Below, piece after piece: positions 31,601-48,500 of a stretch of DNA of 64,000 bases (the stretch's first letter is position 1; each line of letters begins with the position of its first letter). Location of the stretch: the NCBI GenBank assembly GCA_964016885.1, contig OZ024743.1, forward strand, positions 316,758,001-316,822,000. The letters run 5' to 3'. The translations under genes and the position numbers were made by a program. The DNA comes from Eledone cirrhosa (lineage: Eukaryota). The notes below the pieces were generated by a model. The model saw only the letters and a list, made by a program, of their open reading frames with translations. It ran no database searches and was not told the DNA's origin.

Positions 31601-34600
31601 AACAATTGCACCAATGCTAATCTATATAATGTATGTAAGGGACCATGAACAATTGCACCAATGTTCATCTATATAATGTATGTAAGGGACCATGAACAAT
31701 TGCACCAATGTTCATCTATATAATGTATGTAAGGGACCATGAACAATTGCACCAATATTCATCTATATAATGTATGTAAGGGACCATGAACAATTGCACC
31801 AATGCTAATCTATATAATGTATGTAAGGGACCATGAACAATTGCACCAATGTTCATCTATATAATGTATGTACGGGACCATGAACAATTGCACCAATGCT
31901 AATCTATATAATGTATGTAAGGGACCATGAACAATTGCACCAATGTTCATCTATATAATGTATGTAAGGGACCATGAACAATTGCACCAATGTTCATCTA
32001 TATAATGTATGTAAGGGACCATGAACAATTGCACCAATATTCATCTATATAATGTATGTAAGGGACCATGAACAATTGCACCAATGCTAATCTATATAAT
32101 GTATGTAAGGGACCATGAACAATTGCACCAATGTTCATCTATATAATGTATGTAAGGGACCATGAACAATTGCACCAATGTTCATCTATATAATGTATGT
32201 AAGAGACCATGAACAATTGCACCAATGCTAATCTATATAATGTATGTAAGGGAGCATGAACAATTGCACCAATGCTAATCTATATAATGTATGTAAGGGA
32301 CCATGAACAATTGCACCAATGTTCATCTATATAATGTATCTAAGGGACCATGAACAATTGTACCAATGTTCATCTATATAATGTATGTAAGGGACCATGA
32401 ACAATTGCACCAATGTTCATCTATATAATGTATGTACGGGACCATGAACAATTGCACCAATGCTAATCTATATAATGTATGTAAGGGACCATGAACAATT
32501 GCACCAATGTTCATCTATATAATGTATGTAAGGGACCATGAACAATTGCTCCAATGTTCATCTATATAATGTATGTAAGGGACCATGAACAATTGCACCA
32601 ATGCTAATCTATATAATGTATGTAAGGACCATGAACAATTGCACCAATGTTCATCTATATAATGTATGTAAGAGACCATGAACAATTGCACCAATGCTAA
32701 TCTATATAATGTATGTAAGGGACCATGAACAATTGCACCAATGCTAATCTATATAATGTATGTAAGGGACCATGAACAATTGCACCAATGTTCATCTATA
32801 TAATGTATCTAAGGGACCATGAACAATTGTACCAATGTTCATCTATATAATGTATGTAAGGGACCATGAACAATTACACCAATGTTCATCTATATAATGT
32901 ATGTAAGGGACCATGAACAATTGCACCAATGCTAATCTATATAATGTATGTAAGGGACCATGAACAATTGCACCAATGCTAATCTATATAATGTATGTAA
33001 GAGACCATGAACAATTGCACCAATGCTAATCTATATAATGTATGTAAGGGACCATGAACAATTGCACCAATGTTCATCTATATAATGTATGTAAGGGACC
33101 ATGAACAATTGCACCAATGTTCATCTATATAATGTATGTAAGGGACCATGAACAATTGCACCAATGTTCATCTATATAATGTATGTAAGAGACCATGAAC
33201 AATTGCACCAATGCTAATCTATATAATGTATGTAAGGGACCATGAACAATTGCACCAATGTTCATCTATATAATGTATGTAAGGGACCATGAACAATTGC
33301 ACCAATGTTCATCTATATAATGTATGTAAGAGACCATGAACAATTGCACCAATGCTAATCTATATAATGTATGTAAGAGACCATGAACAATTGCACCAAT
33401 GCTAATATATATAATGTATGTAAGGGACCATGAACAATTGCACCAATGCTAATCTATATAATGTATGTAAGGGACCATGAACAATTGCACCAATGTTCAT
33501 CTATATAATGTATCTAAGGGACCATGAACAATTGTACCAATGTTCATCTATATAATGTATGTAAGGGACCATGAACAATTACACCAATGTTCATCTATAT
33601 AATGTATGTAAGGGACCATGAACAATTGCACCAATGCTAATCTATATAATGTATGTAAGGGACCATGAACAATTGCACCAATGCTAATCTATATAATGTA
33701 TGTAAGAGACCATGAACAATTGCACCAATGCTAATCTATATAATGTATGTAAGGGACCATGAACAATTGCACCAATGTTCATCTATATAATGTATGTAAG
33801 GGACCATGAACAATTGCACCAATGTTCATCTATATAATGTATGTAAGGGACCATGAACAATTGCACCAATGTTCATCTATATAATGTATGTAAGAGACCA
33901 TGAACAATTGCACCAATGCTAATCTATATAATGTATGTAAGGGACCATGAACAATTGCACCAATGCTAATCTATATAATGTATGTAAGGGGCCATGAACA
34001 ATTGCACCAATGTTCATCTATATAATGTATGTAAGGGACCATGAACAATTGCACCAATGTTCATCTATATAATGTATGTAAGAGACCATGAACAATTGCA
34101 CCAATGCTAATCTATATAATGTATGTAAGGGACCATGAACAATTGCACCAATGTTCATCTATATAATGTATGTAAGAGACCATGAACAATTGCACCAATG
34201 CTAATCTATATAATGTATGTAAGGGACCATGAACAATTGCACCAATGCTAATCTATATAATGTATGTAAGGGGCCATGAACAATTGCACCAATGTTCATC
34301 TATATAATGTATGTAAGGGACCATGAACAATTGCACCAATGTTCATCTATATAATGTATGTAAGAGACCATGAACAATTGCACCAATGCTAATCTATATA
34401 ATGTATGTAAGGGACCATGAACAATTGCACCAATGCTAATCTATATAATGTATGTAAGGGACCATGAACAATTGCACCAATGTTCATCTATATAATGTAT
34501 CTAAGGGACCATGAACAATTGTACCAATGTTCATCTATATAATGTATGTAAGGGACCATGAACAATTGTACCAATGTTCATCTATATAATGTATGTAAGG

Positions 34601-35599
34601 GACCATGAACAATTACACCAATGTTCATCTATATAATGTATGTAAGGGACCATGAACAATTGCACCAATGCTAATCTATATAATGTATGTAAGGGACCAT
34701 GAACAATTGCACCAATGATAATCTATATAATGTATGTAAGGGGCCATGAACAATTGCACCAATGTTCATCTATATAATGTATGTAAGGGACCATGAACAA
34801 TTGCACCAATGTTCATCTATATAATGTATGTAAGAGACCATGAACAATTGCACCAATGCTAATCTATATAATGTATGTAAGGGACCATGAACAATTGCAC
34901 CAATGCTAATCTATATAATGTATGTAAGGGGCCATGAACAATTGCACCAATGTTCATCTATATAATGTATGTAAGGGACCATGAACAATTGCACCAATGT
35001 TCATCTATATAATGTATGTAAGAGACCATGAACAATTGCACCAATGCTAATCTATATAATGTATGTAAGGGACCATGAACAATTGCACCAATGTTCATCT
35101 ATATAATGTATCTAAGGGACCATGAACAATTGTACCAATGTTCATCTATATAATGTATGTAAGGGACCATGAACAATTACACCAATGTTCATCTATATAA
35201 TGTATGTAAGGGACCATGAACAATTGCACCAATGCTAATCTATATAATGTATGTAAGGGACCATGAACAATTGCACCAATGTTCAACTATATAGTGTATG
35301 TAAGGGACCATGAACAATTACACCAATGTTCATCTATATAATGTATGTAAGGGACCATGAACAATTACAGCAATGTTCATCTACATAATGTATGTAAGGG
35401 ACCATGAACAATTGCACCAATGTTCATCTATATAATGTATGTAAGGGACCATGAACAATTGCACCAATGCTAATCTATATAATGTATGTAAGGGACCATG
35501 AACAATTGCACCAATGTTCAACTATATAATGTATGTAAGGGACCATGAACAATTGCACCAATGCTAATCTATATAATGTATGTAAGGGACCATGAACAA

Positions 35600-38250
35600 T
35601 TGCACCAATGCTAATCTATATAATGTATGTAAGGGACCATGAACAATTGCACCAATGCTAATCTATATAATGTATGTAAGGGACCATGAACAATTGCACC
35701 AATGCTAATCTATATAATGTATGTAAGGGACCATGAACAATTGCACCAATGTTCATCTATATAATGTATGTAAGGGACCATGAACAATTGCACCAATATT
35801 CATCTATATAATGTATGTAAGGGACCATGAACAATTGCACCAATGTTCATCTATATAATGTATGTAAGGGACCATGAACAATTGCACCAATGTTCATCTA
35901 TATAATGTATGTAAGGGACCATGAACAATTGCACCAATGTTCATCTATATAATGTATGTAAGGGACCATGAACAATTGCACCAATGTTCATCTATATAAT
36001 GTATGTAAGGGACCATGAACAATTGCACCAATGCTAATCTATATAATGTATGTACGGGACCATGAACAATTACACCAATGTTCATCTATATAATGTATGT
36101 ACGGGACCATGAACAATTACACCAATGTTCATCTATATAATGTATGTAAGGACCATGAACAATTGCACCAATGTTCATCTATATAATGTATGTAAGGGAC
36201 CATGAATAATTGCACCAATGCTAATCTATATAATGTATGTAAGAGACCATGAACAATTGCACCAATGCTAATCTATATAATGTATGTAAGGGACCATGAA
36301 CAATTGCACCAATGCTAATCTATATAATGTATGTAAGGGACCATGAACAATTGCACCAATGTTCATCTATATAATGTATCTAAGGGACCATGAACAATTG
36401 TACCAATGTTCATCTATATAATGTATGTAAGGGACCATGAACAATTACACCAATGTTCATCTATATAATGTATGTAAGGGACCATGAACAATTACACCAA
36501 TGTTCATCTATATAATGTATGTAAGGGACCATGAACAATTGCACCAATGCTAATCTATATAATGTATGTAAGGGACCATGAACAATTGCACCAATGTTCA
36601 TCTATATAATGTATGTAAGGGACCATGAACAATTACACCAATGTTCATCTACATAATGTATGTAAGGGACCATGAACAATTGCACCAATGTTCATCTATA
36701 TAATGTATGTAAGGGACCATGAACAATTGCACCAATGCTAATCTATATAATGTATGTAAGGGACCATGAACAATTGCACCAATGTTCATCTATACAATGT
36801 ATGTAAGGACCATGAACAATTGCACCAATGTTCATCTATATAATGTATGTAAGGGACCATAAACAATTGCACCAATGCTAATCTATATAATGTATGTAAG
36901 AGACCATGAACAATTGCACCAATGCTAATCTATATAATGTATGTAAGGGACCATGAACAATTGCACCAATGCTAATCTATATAATGTATGTAAGGGACCA
37001 TGAACAATTGCACCAATGCTAATCTATATAATGTATGTAAGGGACCATGAACAATTGCACCAATGTTCATCTATATAATGTATGTAAGGGACCATGAACA
37101 ATTGCACCAATATTCATCTATATAATGTATGTAAGGGACCATGAACAATTGCACCAATGTTCATCTATATAATGTATGTAAGGGACCATGAACAATTGCA
37201 CCAATGTTCATCTATATAATGTATGTAAGGGACCATGAACAATTGCACCAATGTTCATCTATATAATGTATGTAAGGGACCATGAACAATTGCACCAATG
37301 TTCATCTATATAATGTATGTAAGGGACCATGAACAATTGCACCAATGCTAATCTATATAATGTATGTACGGGACCATGAACAATTACACCAATGTTCATC
37401 TATATAATGTATGTACGGGACCATGAACAATTACACCAATGTTCATCTATATAATGTATGTAAGGACCATGAACAATTGCACCAATGTTCATCTATATAA
37501 TGTATGTAAGGGACCATGAACAATTGCACCAATGCTAATCTATATAATGTATGTAAGAGACCATGAACAATTGCACCAATGCTAATCTATATAATGTATG
37601 TAAGGGACCATGAACAATTGCACCAATGCTAATCTATATAATGTATGTAAGGGACCATGAACAATTGCACCAATGTTCATCTATATAATGTATCTAAGGG
37701 ACCATGAACAATTGTACCAATGTTCATCTATATAATGTATGTAAGGGACCATGAACAATTACACCAATGTTCATCTATATAATGTATGTAAGGGACCATG
37801 AACAATTACACCAATGTTCATCTATATAATGTATGTAAGGGACCATGAACAATTGCACCAATGCTAATCTATATAATGTATGTAAGGGACCATGAACAAT
37901 TGCACCAATGTTCATCTATATAATGTATGTAAGGGACCATGAACAATTACACCAATGTTCATCTACATAATGTATGTAAGGGACCATGAACAATTGCACC
38001 AATGTTCATCTATATAATGTATGTAAGGGACCATGAACAATTGCACCAATGCTAATCTATATAATGTATGTAAGGGACCATGAACAATTGCACCAATGTT
38101 CATCTATACAATGTATGTAAGGACCATGAACAATTGCACCAATGTTCATCTATATAATGTATGTAAGGGACCATAAACAATTGCACCAATGCTAATCTAT
38201 ATAATGTATGTAAGAGACCATGAACAATTGCACCAATGCTAATCTATATA
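35600..38250. repeat. 28-monomer (1314-bp) tandem duplication
   Basis: CACCAATATT 35791/37105 and TGTACGGG 36051/37365. Offset 1314 = 28x47 - 2, with two 1-bp-deletion monomers per unit. Confidence 0.88.
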
Positions 38251-39549
38251 ATGTATGTAAGGGACCATGAACAATTGCACCAATGCTAATCTATATAATG
38301 TATGTAAGGGACCATGAACAATTGCACCAATGTTCATCTATATAATGTATCTAAGGGACCATGAACAATTGTACCAATGTTCATCTATATAATGTATGTA
38401 AGGGACCATGAACAAGTGCACCAATGTTCATCTACATAATGTATGTAAGGGACCATGAACAATTGCACCAATGCTAATCTATATAATGTATGTAAGGGAC
38501 CATGAACAATTGCACCAATGTTAATCTATATAATGTATGTAAGGGACCATGAACAATTGCACCAATGTTCATCTATATAATGTATGTAAGGGACCATGAA
38601 CAATTGTACCAATGTTCATCTATATAATGTATGTAAGGGACCATGAACAATTGCACCAATGTTCATCTATATAATGTATGTAAGGGACCATGAACAATTG
38701 TACCAATGTTCATCTATATAATGTATGTAAGGGACCATGAACAATTGCACCAATGTTCATCTATATAATGTATGTAAGGGACCATGAACAATTGCACCAA
38801 TGTTCATCTATATAATGTATGTAAGGGACCATGAACAATTGCACCAATGTTCATCTATATAATGTATGTAAGGGACCATGAACAATTGCACCAATGTTCA
38901 TCTATATAATGTATGTAAGGGACCATGAACAATTGCACCAATGCTAATCTATATAATGTATGTAAGGGACCATGAACAATTGCACCAATGTTCATCTATA
39001 TAATGTATGTAAGGGACCATGAACAATTGCACCAATGTTCATCTATATAATGTATGTAAGGGACCATGAACAATTGCACCAATGCTAATCTATATAATGT
39101 ATGTGAGGGACCATGAACAATTGCACCAATGTTCATCTATATAATGTATGTAAGGGACCATGAACAATTGCACCAATGCTAATCTATATAATGTATGTAA
39201 GGGACCATGAACAATTGCACCAATGCTAATCTATATAATGTATGTAAGGGACCATGAACAATTGCACCAATGTTCATCTATATAATGTATGTAAGGGACC
39301 ATGAACAATTGCACCAATGCTAATCTATATAATGTATGTAAGGGACCATGAACAATTGCACCAATGCTAATCTATATAATGTATGTAAGGGACCATGAAC
39401 AATTGCACCAATGTTCATCTATATAATGTATGTAAGGGACCATGAACAATTGCACCAATGTTCATCTATATAATGTATGTAAGGGACCATGAACAATTGC
39501 ACCAATGCTAATCTATATAATGTATGTAAGGGACCAAGAACAATTACAC

Positions 39550-42500
39550 CAATGTTCATCTATATAATGTATGTAAGGGACCATGAACAATTGCACCAAT
39601 GTTCATCTATATAATGTATGTAAGGGACCATGAACAATTGCACCAATGCTAATCTATATAATGTATGTAAGGGACCATGAACAATTGCACCATTGCTAAT
39701 CTATATAATGTATGTAAGGGACCATGAACAATTGCACCAATGCTAATCTATATAATGTATGTAAGGGACCATGAACAATTGCACCAATGCTAATCTTAAT
39801 AATGTATGTAAGGGACCATGAACAATTGCACCAATGCTAATCTATATAATGTATGTAAGGGACCATGAACAATTGCACCAATGTTCATCTATATAATGTA
39901 TGTAAGGGACCATGAACAATTGCACCAATGCTAATCTTAATAATGTATGTAAGGGACCATGAACAATTGCACCAATGCTAATCTATATAATGTATGTAAG
40001 GGACCATGAACAATTGCACCTATGTTCATCTATATAATGTATGTAAGGGACCATGAATATTTGCACCAATGTTCATCTATATAATGTATGTAAGGGACCA
40101 TGAACAATTACACCAATGTTCATCTATATAATGTATGTAAGGGACCATGAACAATTGCACCAATGCTAATCTATATAATGTATGTAAGGGACCATGAACA
40201 ATTGCACCAATGCTAATCTATATAATGTATGTAAGGGACCATGAACAATTGCACCAATGTTCATCTATATAATGTATGTAAGGGACCATGAACAATTGCA
40301 CCAATGTTCATCTATATAATGTATGTAAGGGACCATGAACAATTGCACCAATGCTAATCTATATAATGTATGTAAGGGACCATGAACAATTACACCAATG
40401 TTCATCTATATAATGTATGTAAGGGACCATGAACAATTGCACCAATGCTAATCTATATAATGTATGTAAGGGACCATGAACAATTGCACCAATGCTAATC
40501 TTAATAATGTATGTAAGGGACCATGAACAATTGCACCAATGCTAATCTATATAATGTATGTAAGGGACCATGAACAATTGCACCAATGTTCATCTATATA
40601 ATGTATGCAAGGGACCATGAACAATTGCACCAATGCTAATCTTAATAATGTATGTAAGGGACCATGAACAATTGCACCAATGCTAATCTATATAATGTAT
40701 GTAAGGGACCATGAACAATTGCACCTATGTTCATCTATATAATGTATGTAAGGGACCATGAACAATTGCACCAATGCTAATCTATATAATGTATGTAAGG
40801 GACCATGAACAATTGCACCAATGTTCATCTATATAATGTATGTAAGGGACCATGAACAATTGCACCAATGCTAATCTTAATAATGTATGTAAGGGACCAT
40901 GAACAATTGCACCAATGCTAATCTATATAATGTATGTAAGGGACCATGAACAATTGCACCTATGTTCATCTATATAATGTATGTAAGGGACCATGAACAA
41001 TTGCACCTATGTTCATCTATATAATGTATGTAAGGGACCATGAACAATTGCACCAATGTTCATCTATATAATGTATGTAAGGGACCATGAACAATTGCAC
41101 CAATGTTCATCTATATAATGTATGTAAGGGACCATGAACAAGTGCACCAATGTTCATCTACATAATGTATGTAAGGGACCATGAACAATTGCACCAATGC
41201 TAATCTATATAATGTATGTAAGGGACCATGAACAATTGTATCAATGTTCATCTATATAATGTATGTAAGGGACCATGAACAATTGTATCAATGTTCATCT
41301 ATATAATGTATGTAAGGGACCATGAACAATTGTATCAATGTTCATCTATATAATGTATGTAAGGGACCATGAACAATTGTATCAATGTTCATCTATATAA
41401 TGTATGTAAGGGACCATGAACAATTGCACCAATGTTCATCTATATAATGTATGTAAGGGACCTTGAACAATTACACCAATGTTCATCTATATAATGTATG
41501 TAAGGGACCATGAACAGTTGCACCAATGTTCATCTATATAATGTATGTAAGGGACCATGAACAATTGCACCAATGTTCATCTATACAATGTATGTAAGGG
41601 ACCATGAACAATTGCACCAATGCTAATCTATATAATGTATGTAAGGGACCATGAACAATTGCACCAATGTTCATCCACATAATGTATGTAAGGGACCATG
41701 AACAATTGCACCAATGTTAATCTATATAATGTATGTAAGGGACCATGAACAATTGCACCAATGTTAATCTATATAATATATGTAAGGGACCATGAACAAT
41801 TGCACCAATGCTAATCTATATAATGTATGTAAGGGACCATGAACAATTGCACCAATGCTAATCTATATAATGTATGTAAGGGACCATGAACAATTGCACC
41901 AATGTTAATCTATATAATGTATGTAAGGGACCATGAACAATTACACCAATGCTAATCTATATAATGTATGTAAGGGACCATGAACAATTGCACCAATGTT
42001 AATCTATATAATGTATGTAAGGGACCATGAACAATTGCACCAGTGTTAATCTATATAATGTATGTAAGGGACCATGAACAATTGCACCAATGTTCATCTA
42101 TATAATGTATGTAAGGGACCATGAACAATTGCACCAATGTTCATCTATATAATGTATGTAAGGGACCATGAACAATTGCACCAATGTTAATCTATATAAT
42201 GTATGTAAGGGACCATGAACAATTGCACCAATGTTAATCTATATAATGTATGTAAGGGACCATGAACAATTGCACCAATGCTAATCTATATAATGTATGT
42301 AAGGGACCATGAACAATTGCACCAATGCTAATCTATATAATGTATGTAAGGGACCATGAACAATTGCACCAATGTTAATCTATATAATGTATGTAAGGGA
42401 CCATGAACAATTGCACCAATGCTAATCTATATAATGTATGTAAGGGACCATGAACAATTGCACCAATGTTAATCTATATAATGTATGTAAGGAACCATGA

Positions 42501-45500
42501 ACAATTGCACCAATGTTCATCTACATAATGTATGTAAGGGACCATGAACAATTGCACCAATGTTAATCTATATAATGTATGTAAGGGACCTTGAACAATT
42601 ACACCAATGCTAATCTATATAATGTATGTAAGGGACCATGAACAATTGCACCAATGTTCATCTACATAATGTATGTAAGGGACCATGAACAATTACACCA
42701 ATGCTAATCTATATAATGTATGTAAGGGACCATGAACAATTGCACCAATGTTAATCTATATAATGTATGTAAGGGACCTTGAACAATTACACCAATGCTA
42801 ATCTATATAATGTATGTAAGGGACCATGAACAATTGCACCAATGTTCATCTACATAATGTATGTAAGGGACCATGAACAATTACACCAATGCTAATCTAT
42901 ATAATGTATGTAAGGGACCATGAACAATTGCACCAATGTTAATCTATATAATGTATATAAGGGACCTTGAACAATTACACCAATGCTAATCTATATAATG
43001 TATGTAAGGGACCATGAACAATTGCACCAATGTTCATCTACATAATGTATGTAAGGGACCATGAACAATTACACCAATGCTAATCTATATAATGTATGTA
43101 AGGGACCATGAACAATTGCACCAATGTTAATCTATATAATGTATGTAAGGGACCATGAACAATTGCACCAATGTTAATCTATATAATGTATGTAAGGGAC
43201 CATGAACAATTGCACCAATGCTAATCTATATAATGTATGTAAGGGACCATGAACAATTGCACCAATGTTCATCTATATAATGTATGTAAGGGACCATGAA
43301 CAATTGCACCAATGTTAATCTATATAATGTATGTAAGGGACCATGAACAATTGCACCAATGTTAATCTATATAATGTATGTAAGGGACCATGAACAATTA
43401 CACCAATGTTCATCTATATAATGTATGTAAGGGACCATGAACAATTGCACCAATGTTAATCTATATAATGTATGTAAGGGACCATGAACAATTACACCAA
43501 TGTTCATCTATATAATGTATGTGAGGGACCATGAACAATTGCACCAATGTTAATCTATATAATGTATGTAAGGGACCATGAACAATTACACCAATGTTCA
43601 TCTATATAGTGTATGTAAGGGACCATGAACAATCGCACCAATGCTAATCTATATAATGTATGTAAGGGACCATGAACAATTGCACCAATGTTCATCTATA
43701 TAATGTATGTAAGGGACCATGAACAATTGCACCAATGTTCATCTATATAATGTATGTAAGGGACCATGAACAATTGCACCAATGTTCATCTATATAATGT
43801 ATGTAAGGGACCATGAACAATTGCACCAATGTTCATCTATATAATGTATGTAAGGGACCATGAACAATTGCACCAATGTTCATCTATATAATGTATGTAA
43901 GGGACCATGAACAATTGCACCAATGCTAATCTATATAATGTATGTAAGGGACCATGAACAATTGCACCAATGTTCATCTATATAATGTATGTAAGGGACC
44001 ATGAACAATTGCACCAATGTTCATCTATATAATGTATGTAAGGGACCATGAACAATTGCACCAATGTTCATCTATATAATGTATGTAAGGGACCATGAAC
44101 AATTGCACCAATGTTAATCTATATAATGTATGTAAGGGACCATGAACAATTACACCAATGTTCATCTATATAATGTATGTAAGGGACCATGAACAATTAC
44201 ACCAATGTTCATCTATATAATGTATGTAAGGGACCATGAACAATTGCACCAATGTTCATCTATATAATGTATGTAAGGGACCATGAACAATTGCACCAAT
44301 GTTCATCTATATAATGTATGTAAGGGACCATGAACAATTGCACCAATGTTCATCTATATAATGTATGTAAGGGACCATGAACAATTGCACCAATGTTAAT
44401 CTATATAATGTATGTAAGGGACCATGAACAATTACACCAATGTTCATCTATATAATGTATGTAAGGGACCATGAACAATTGCACCAATGTTAATCTATAT
44501 AATGTATGTAAGGGACCATGAACAATTGCACCAATGTTAATCTATATAATATATGTAAGGGACCATGAACAATTGTACCAATGTTCATCTATATTATGTA
44601 TGTAAAGGACCATGAACAATTGCACCAATGTTAATCTATATAATGTATGTAAGGGACCATGAACAATTACACCAATGTTAATCTATATAATGTATGTAAG
44701 GGACCATGAACAATTGCACCAATGTTCATCTATATAATGTATGTAAGGGACCATGAACAATTACACCAATGTTCATCTATATAATGTATGTAAGGGACCA
44801 TGAACAATTGCACCAATGTTCATCTATATAATGTATGTAAGGGACCATGAACAATTACACCAATGTTCATCTATATAATGTATGTAAGGGACCATGAACA
44901 ATTGCACCAATGCTAATCTATATAATGTATGTAAGGGACCATGAACAATTGCACCAATGTTCATCTATATAATGTATGTAAGGGACCATGAACAATTGTA
45001 TCAATGTTCATCTATATAATGTATGTAAGGGACCATGAACAATTACACCAATGTTCATCTATATAATGTATGTAAGGGACCATGAACAATTACACCAATG
45101 TTCATCTATATAATGTATGTAAGGGACCATGAACAATTGCACCAATGCTAATCTATATAATATATGTAAGGGACCATGAACAGTTGCACCAATGTTAATC
45201 TATATAATGTATGTAAGGGACCATGAACAATTGCACCAATGCTAATCTATATAATGTATGTAAGGGACCATGAACAATTGCACCAATGTTCATCTATATA
45301 ATGTATGTAAGGGACCATGAACAATTGCACCAATGCTAATCTATATAATGTATGTAAGGGACCATGAACAGTTGCACCAATGTTAATCTATATAATGTAT
45401 GTAAGGGACCATGAACAATTGCACCAATGCTAATCTATATAATGTATGTAAGGGACCATGAACAGTTGCACCAATGTTAATCTATATAATGTATGTAAGG

Positions 45501-48500
45501 GACCATGAACAGTTGCACCAATGCTAATCTATATAATGTATGTAAGGGACCATGAACAGTTGCACCAATGTTCATCTATATAATATATGTAAGGGACCAT
45601 GAACAATTGCACCAATGTTCATCTATATAATGTATGTAAGGGACCATGAACAATTGCACCAATGCTAATCTATATAATGTATGTAAGGGACCATGAACAA
45701 TTGCACCAATGTTCATCTATATAATGTATGTAAGGGACCATGAACAATTGCACCAATGTTCATCTATATAATGTATGTAAGGGACCATGAACAGTTGCAC
45801 CAATGTTCATCTATATAATATATGTAAGGGACCATGAACAATTGCACCAATGTTCATCTATATAATGTATGTAAGGGACCATGAACAATTGCACCAATGT
45901 TCATCTATATAATGTATGTAAGGGACCATGAACAATTGCACCAATGTTCATCTATATAATGTATGTAAGGGACCATGAACAATTGCACCAATGTTCATCT
46001 ATATAATGTATGTAAGGGACCATGAACAATTGCACCAATGTTCATCTATATAATGTATGTAAGGGACCATGAACAATTGCACCAATGCTAATCTATATAA
46101 TGTATGTAAGGGACCATGAACAATTGCACCAATGTTCATCTATATAATGTATGTAAGGGACCATGAACAATTGCACCAATGTTCATCTATATAATGTATG
46201 TAAGGGACCATGAACAATTGCACCAATGTTCATCTATATAATGTATGTAAGGGACCATGAACAATTGCACCAATGTTCATCTATATAATGTATGTAAGGG
46301 ACCATGAACAATTGCACCAATGTTAATCTATATAATGTATGTAAGGGACCATGAACAATTACACCAATGTTCATCTATATAATGTATGTAAGGGACCATG
46401 AACAATTACACCAATGTTCATCTATATAATGTATGTAAGGGACCATGAACAATTACACCAATGTTCATAAATATAATGTATGTAAGGGACCATGAACAAT
46501 TGCACCAATGTTCATCAATATAATGTATGTAAGGGACCATGAACAATTGCACCAATGTTCATCTATATAATTTATGTAAGGGACCATGAACAATTGCACC
46601 AATGTTCATCTATATAATGTATGTAAGGGACCATGAACAATTGCACCAATGTTAATCTATATAATGTATGTAAGGGACCATGAACAATTACACCAATGTT
46701 CATCTATATAATGTATGTAAGGGACCATGAACAATTGCACCAATGTTAATCTATATAATATATGTAAGGGACCATGAACAATTGTACCAATGTTCATCTA
46801 TATTATGTATGTAAAGGACCATGAACAATTGCACCAATGTTAATCTATATAATGTATGTAAGGGACCATGAACAATTACACCAATGTTCATCTATATAAT
46901 GTATGTAAGGGACCATGAACAATTGCACCAATGTTCATCTATATAATGTATGTAAGGGACCATGAACAATTACACCAATGTTCATCTATATAATGTATGT
47001 AAGGGACCATGAACAATTGCACCAATGCTAATCTATATAATATATGTAAGGGACCATGAACAGTTGCACCAATGTTAATCTATATAATGTATGTAAGGGA
47101 CCATGAACAATTGCACCAATGTTCATCTATATAATGAATGTAAGGGACCATGAACAATTGCACCAATGCTAATCTATATAATGTATGTAAGGGACCATGA
47201 ACAGTTGCACCAATGTTCATCTATATAATATATGTAAGGGACCATGAACAATTGCACCAATGTTCATCTATATAATGTATGTAAGGGACCATGAACAATT
47301 GCACCAATGCTAATCTATATAATGTATGTAAGGGACCATGAACAATTGCACCAATGTTCATCTATATAATGTATGTAAGGGACCATGAACAATTGCACCA
47401 ATGTTCATCTATATAATGTATGTAAGGGACCATGAACAGTTGCACCAATGTTCATCTATATAATATATGTAAGGGACCATGAACAATTGCACCAATGTTC
47501 ATCTATATAATGTATGTAAGGGACCATGAACAGTTGCACCAATGTTCATCTATATAATATATGTAAGGGACCATGAACAATTGCACCAATGTTCATCTAT
47601 ATAATGTATGTAAGGGACCATGAACAGTTGCACCAATGTTCATCTATATAATATATGTAAGGGACCATGAACAATTGCACCAATGTTCATCTATATAATA
47701 TATGTAAGGGACCATGAACAATTGCACCAATGTTCATCTATATAATGTATGTAAGGACCATGAACAATTGCACCAATGTTCATCTATATAATATATGTAA
47801 GGGACCATGAACAATTGCACCAATGCTAATCTATATAATGTATGTAAGGGACCATGAACAATTGCACCAATGTTCATCTATATAATGTATGTAAGGGACC
47901 ATGAACAATTGCACCAATGTTCATCTATATAATGTATGTAAGGGACCATGAACAATTGCACCAATGCTAATCTATATAATGTATGTAAGGGACCATGAAC
48001 AATTGCACCATTGCTAATCTATATAATGTATGTAAGGGACCATGAACAATTGCACCAATGCTAATCTATATAATGTATGTAAGGGACCATGAACAATTGC
48101 ACCAATGCTAATCTTAATAATGTATGTAAGGGACCATGAACAATTGCACCAATGCTAATCTATATAATGTATGTAAGGGACCATGAACAATTGCACCAAT
48201 GTTCATCTATATAATGTATGTAAGGGACCATGAACAATTGCACCAATGCTAATCTTAATAATGTATGTAAGGGACCATGAACAATTGCACCAATGCTAAT
48301 CTATATAATGTATGTAAGGGACCATGAACAATTGCACCTATGTTCATCTATATAACGTATGTAAGGGACCATGAACATTTGCACCAATGTTCATCTATAT
48401 AATGTATGTAAGGGACCATGAACAATTACACCAATGTTCATCTATATAATGTATGTAAGGGACCATGAACAATTGCACCAATGCTAATCTATATAATGTA

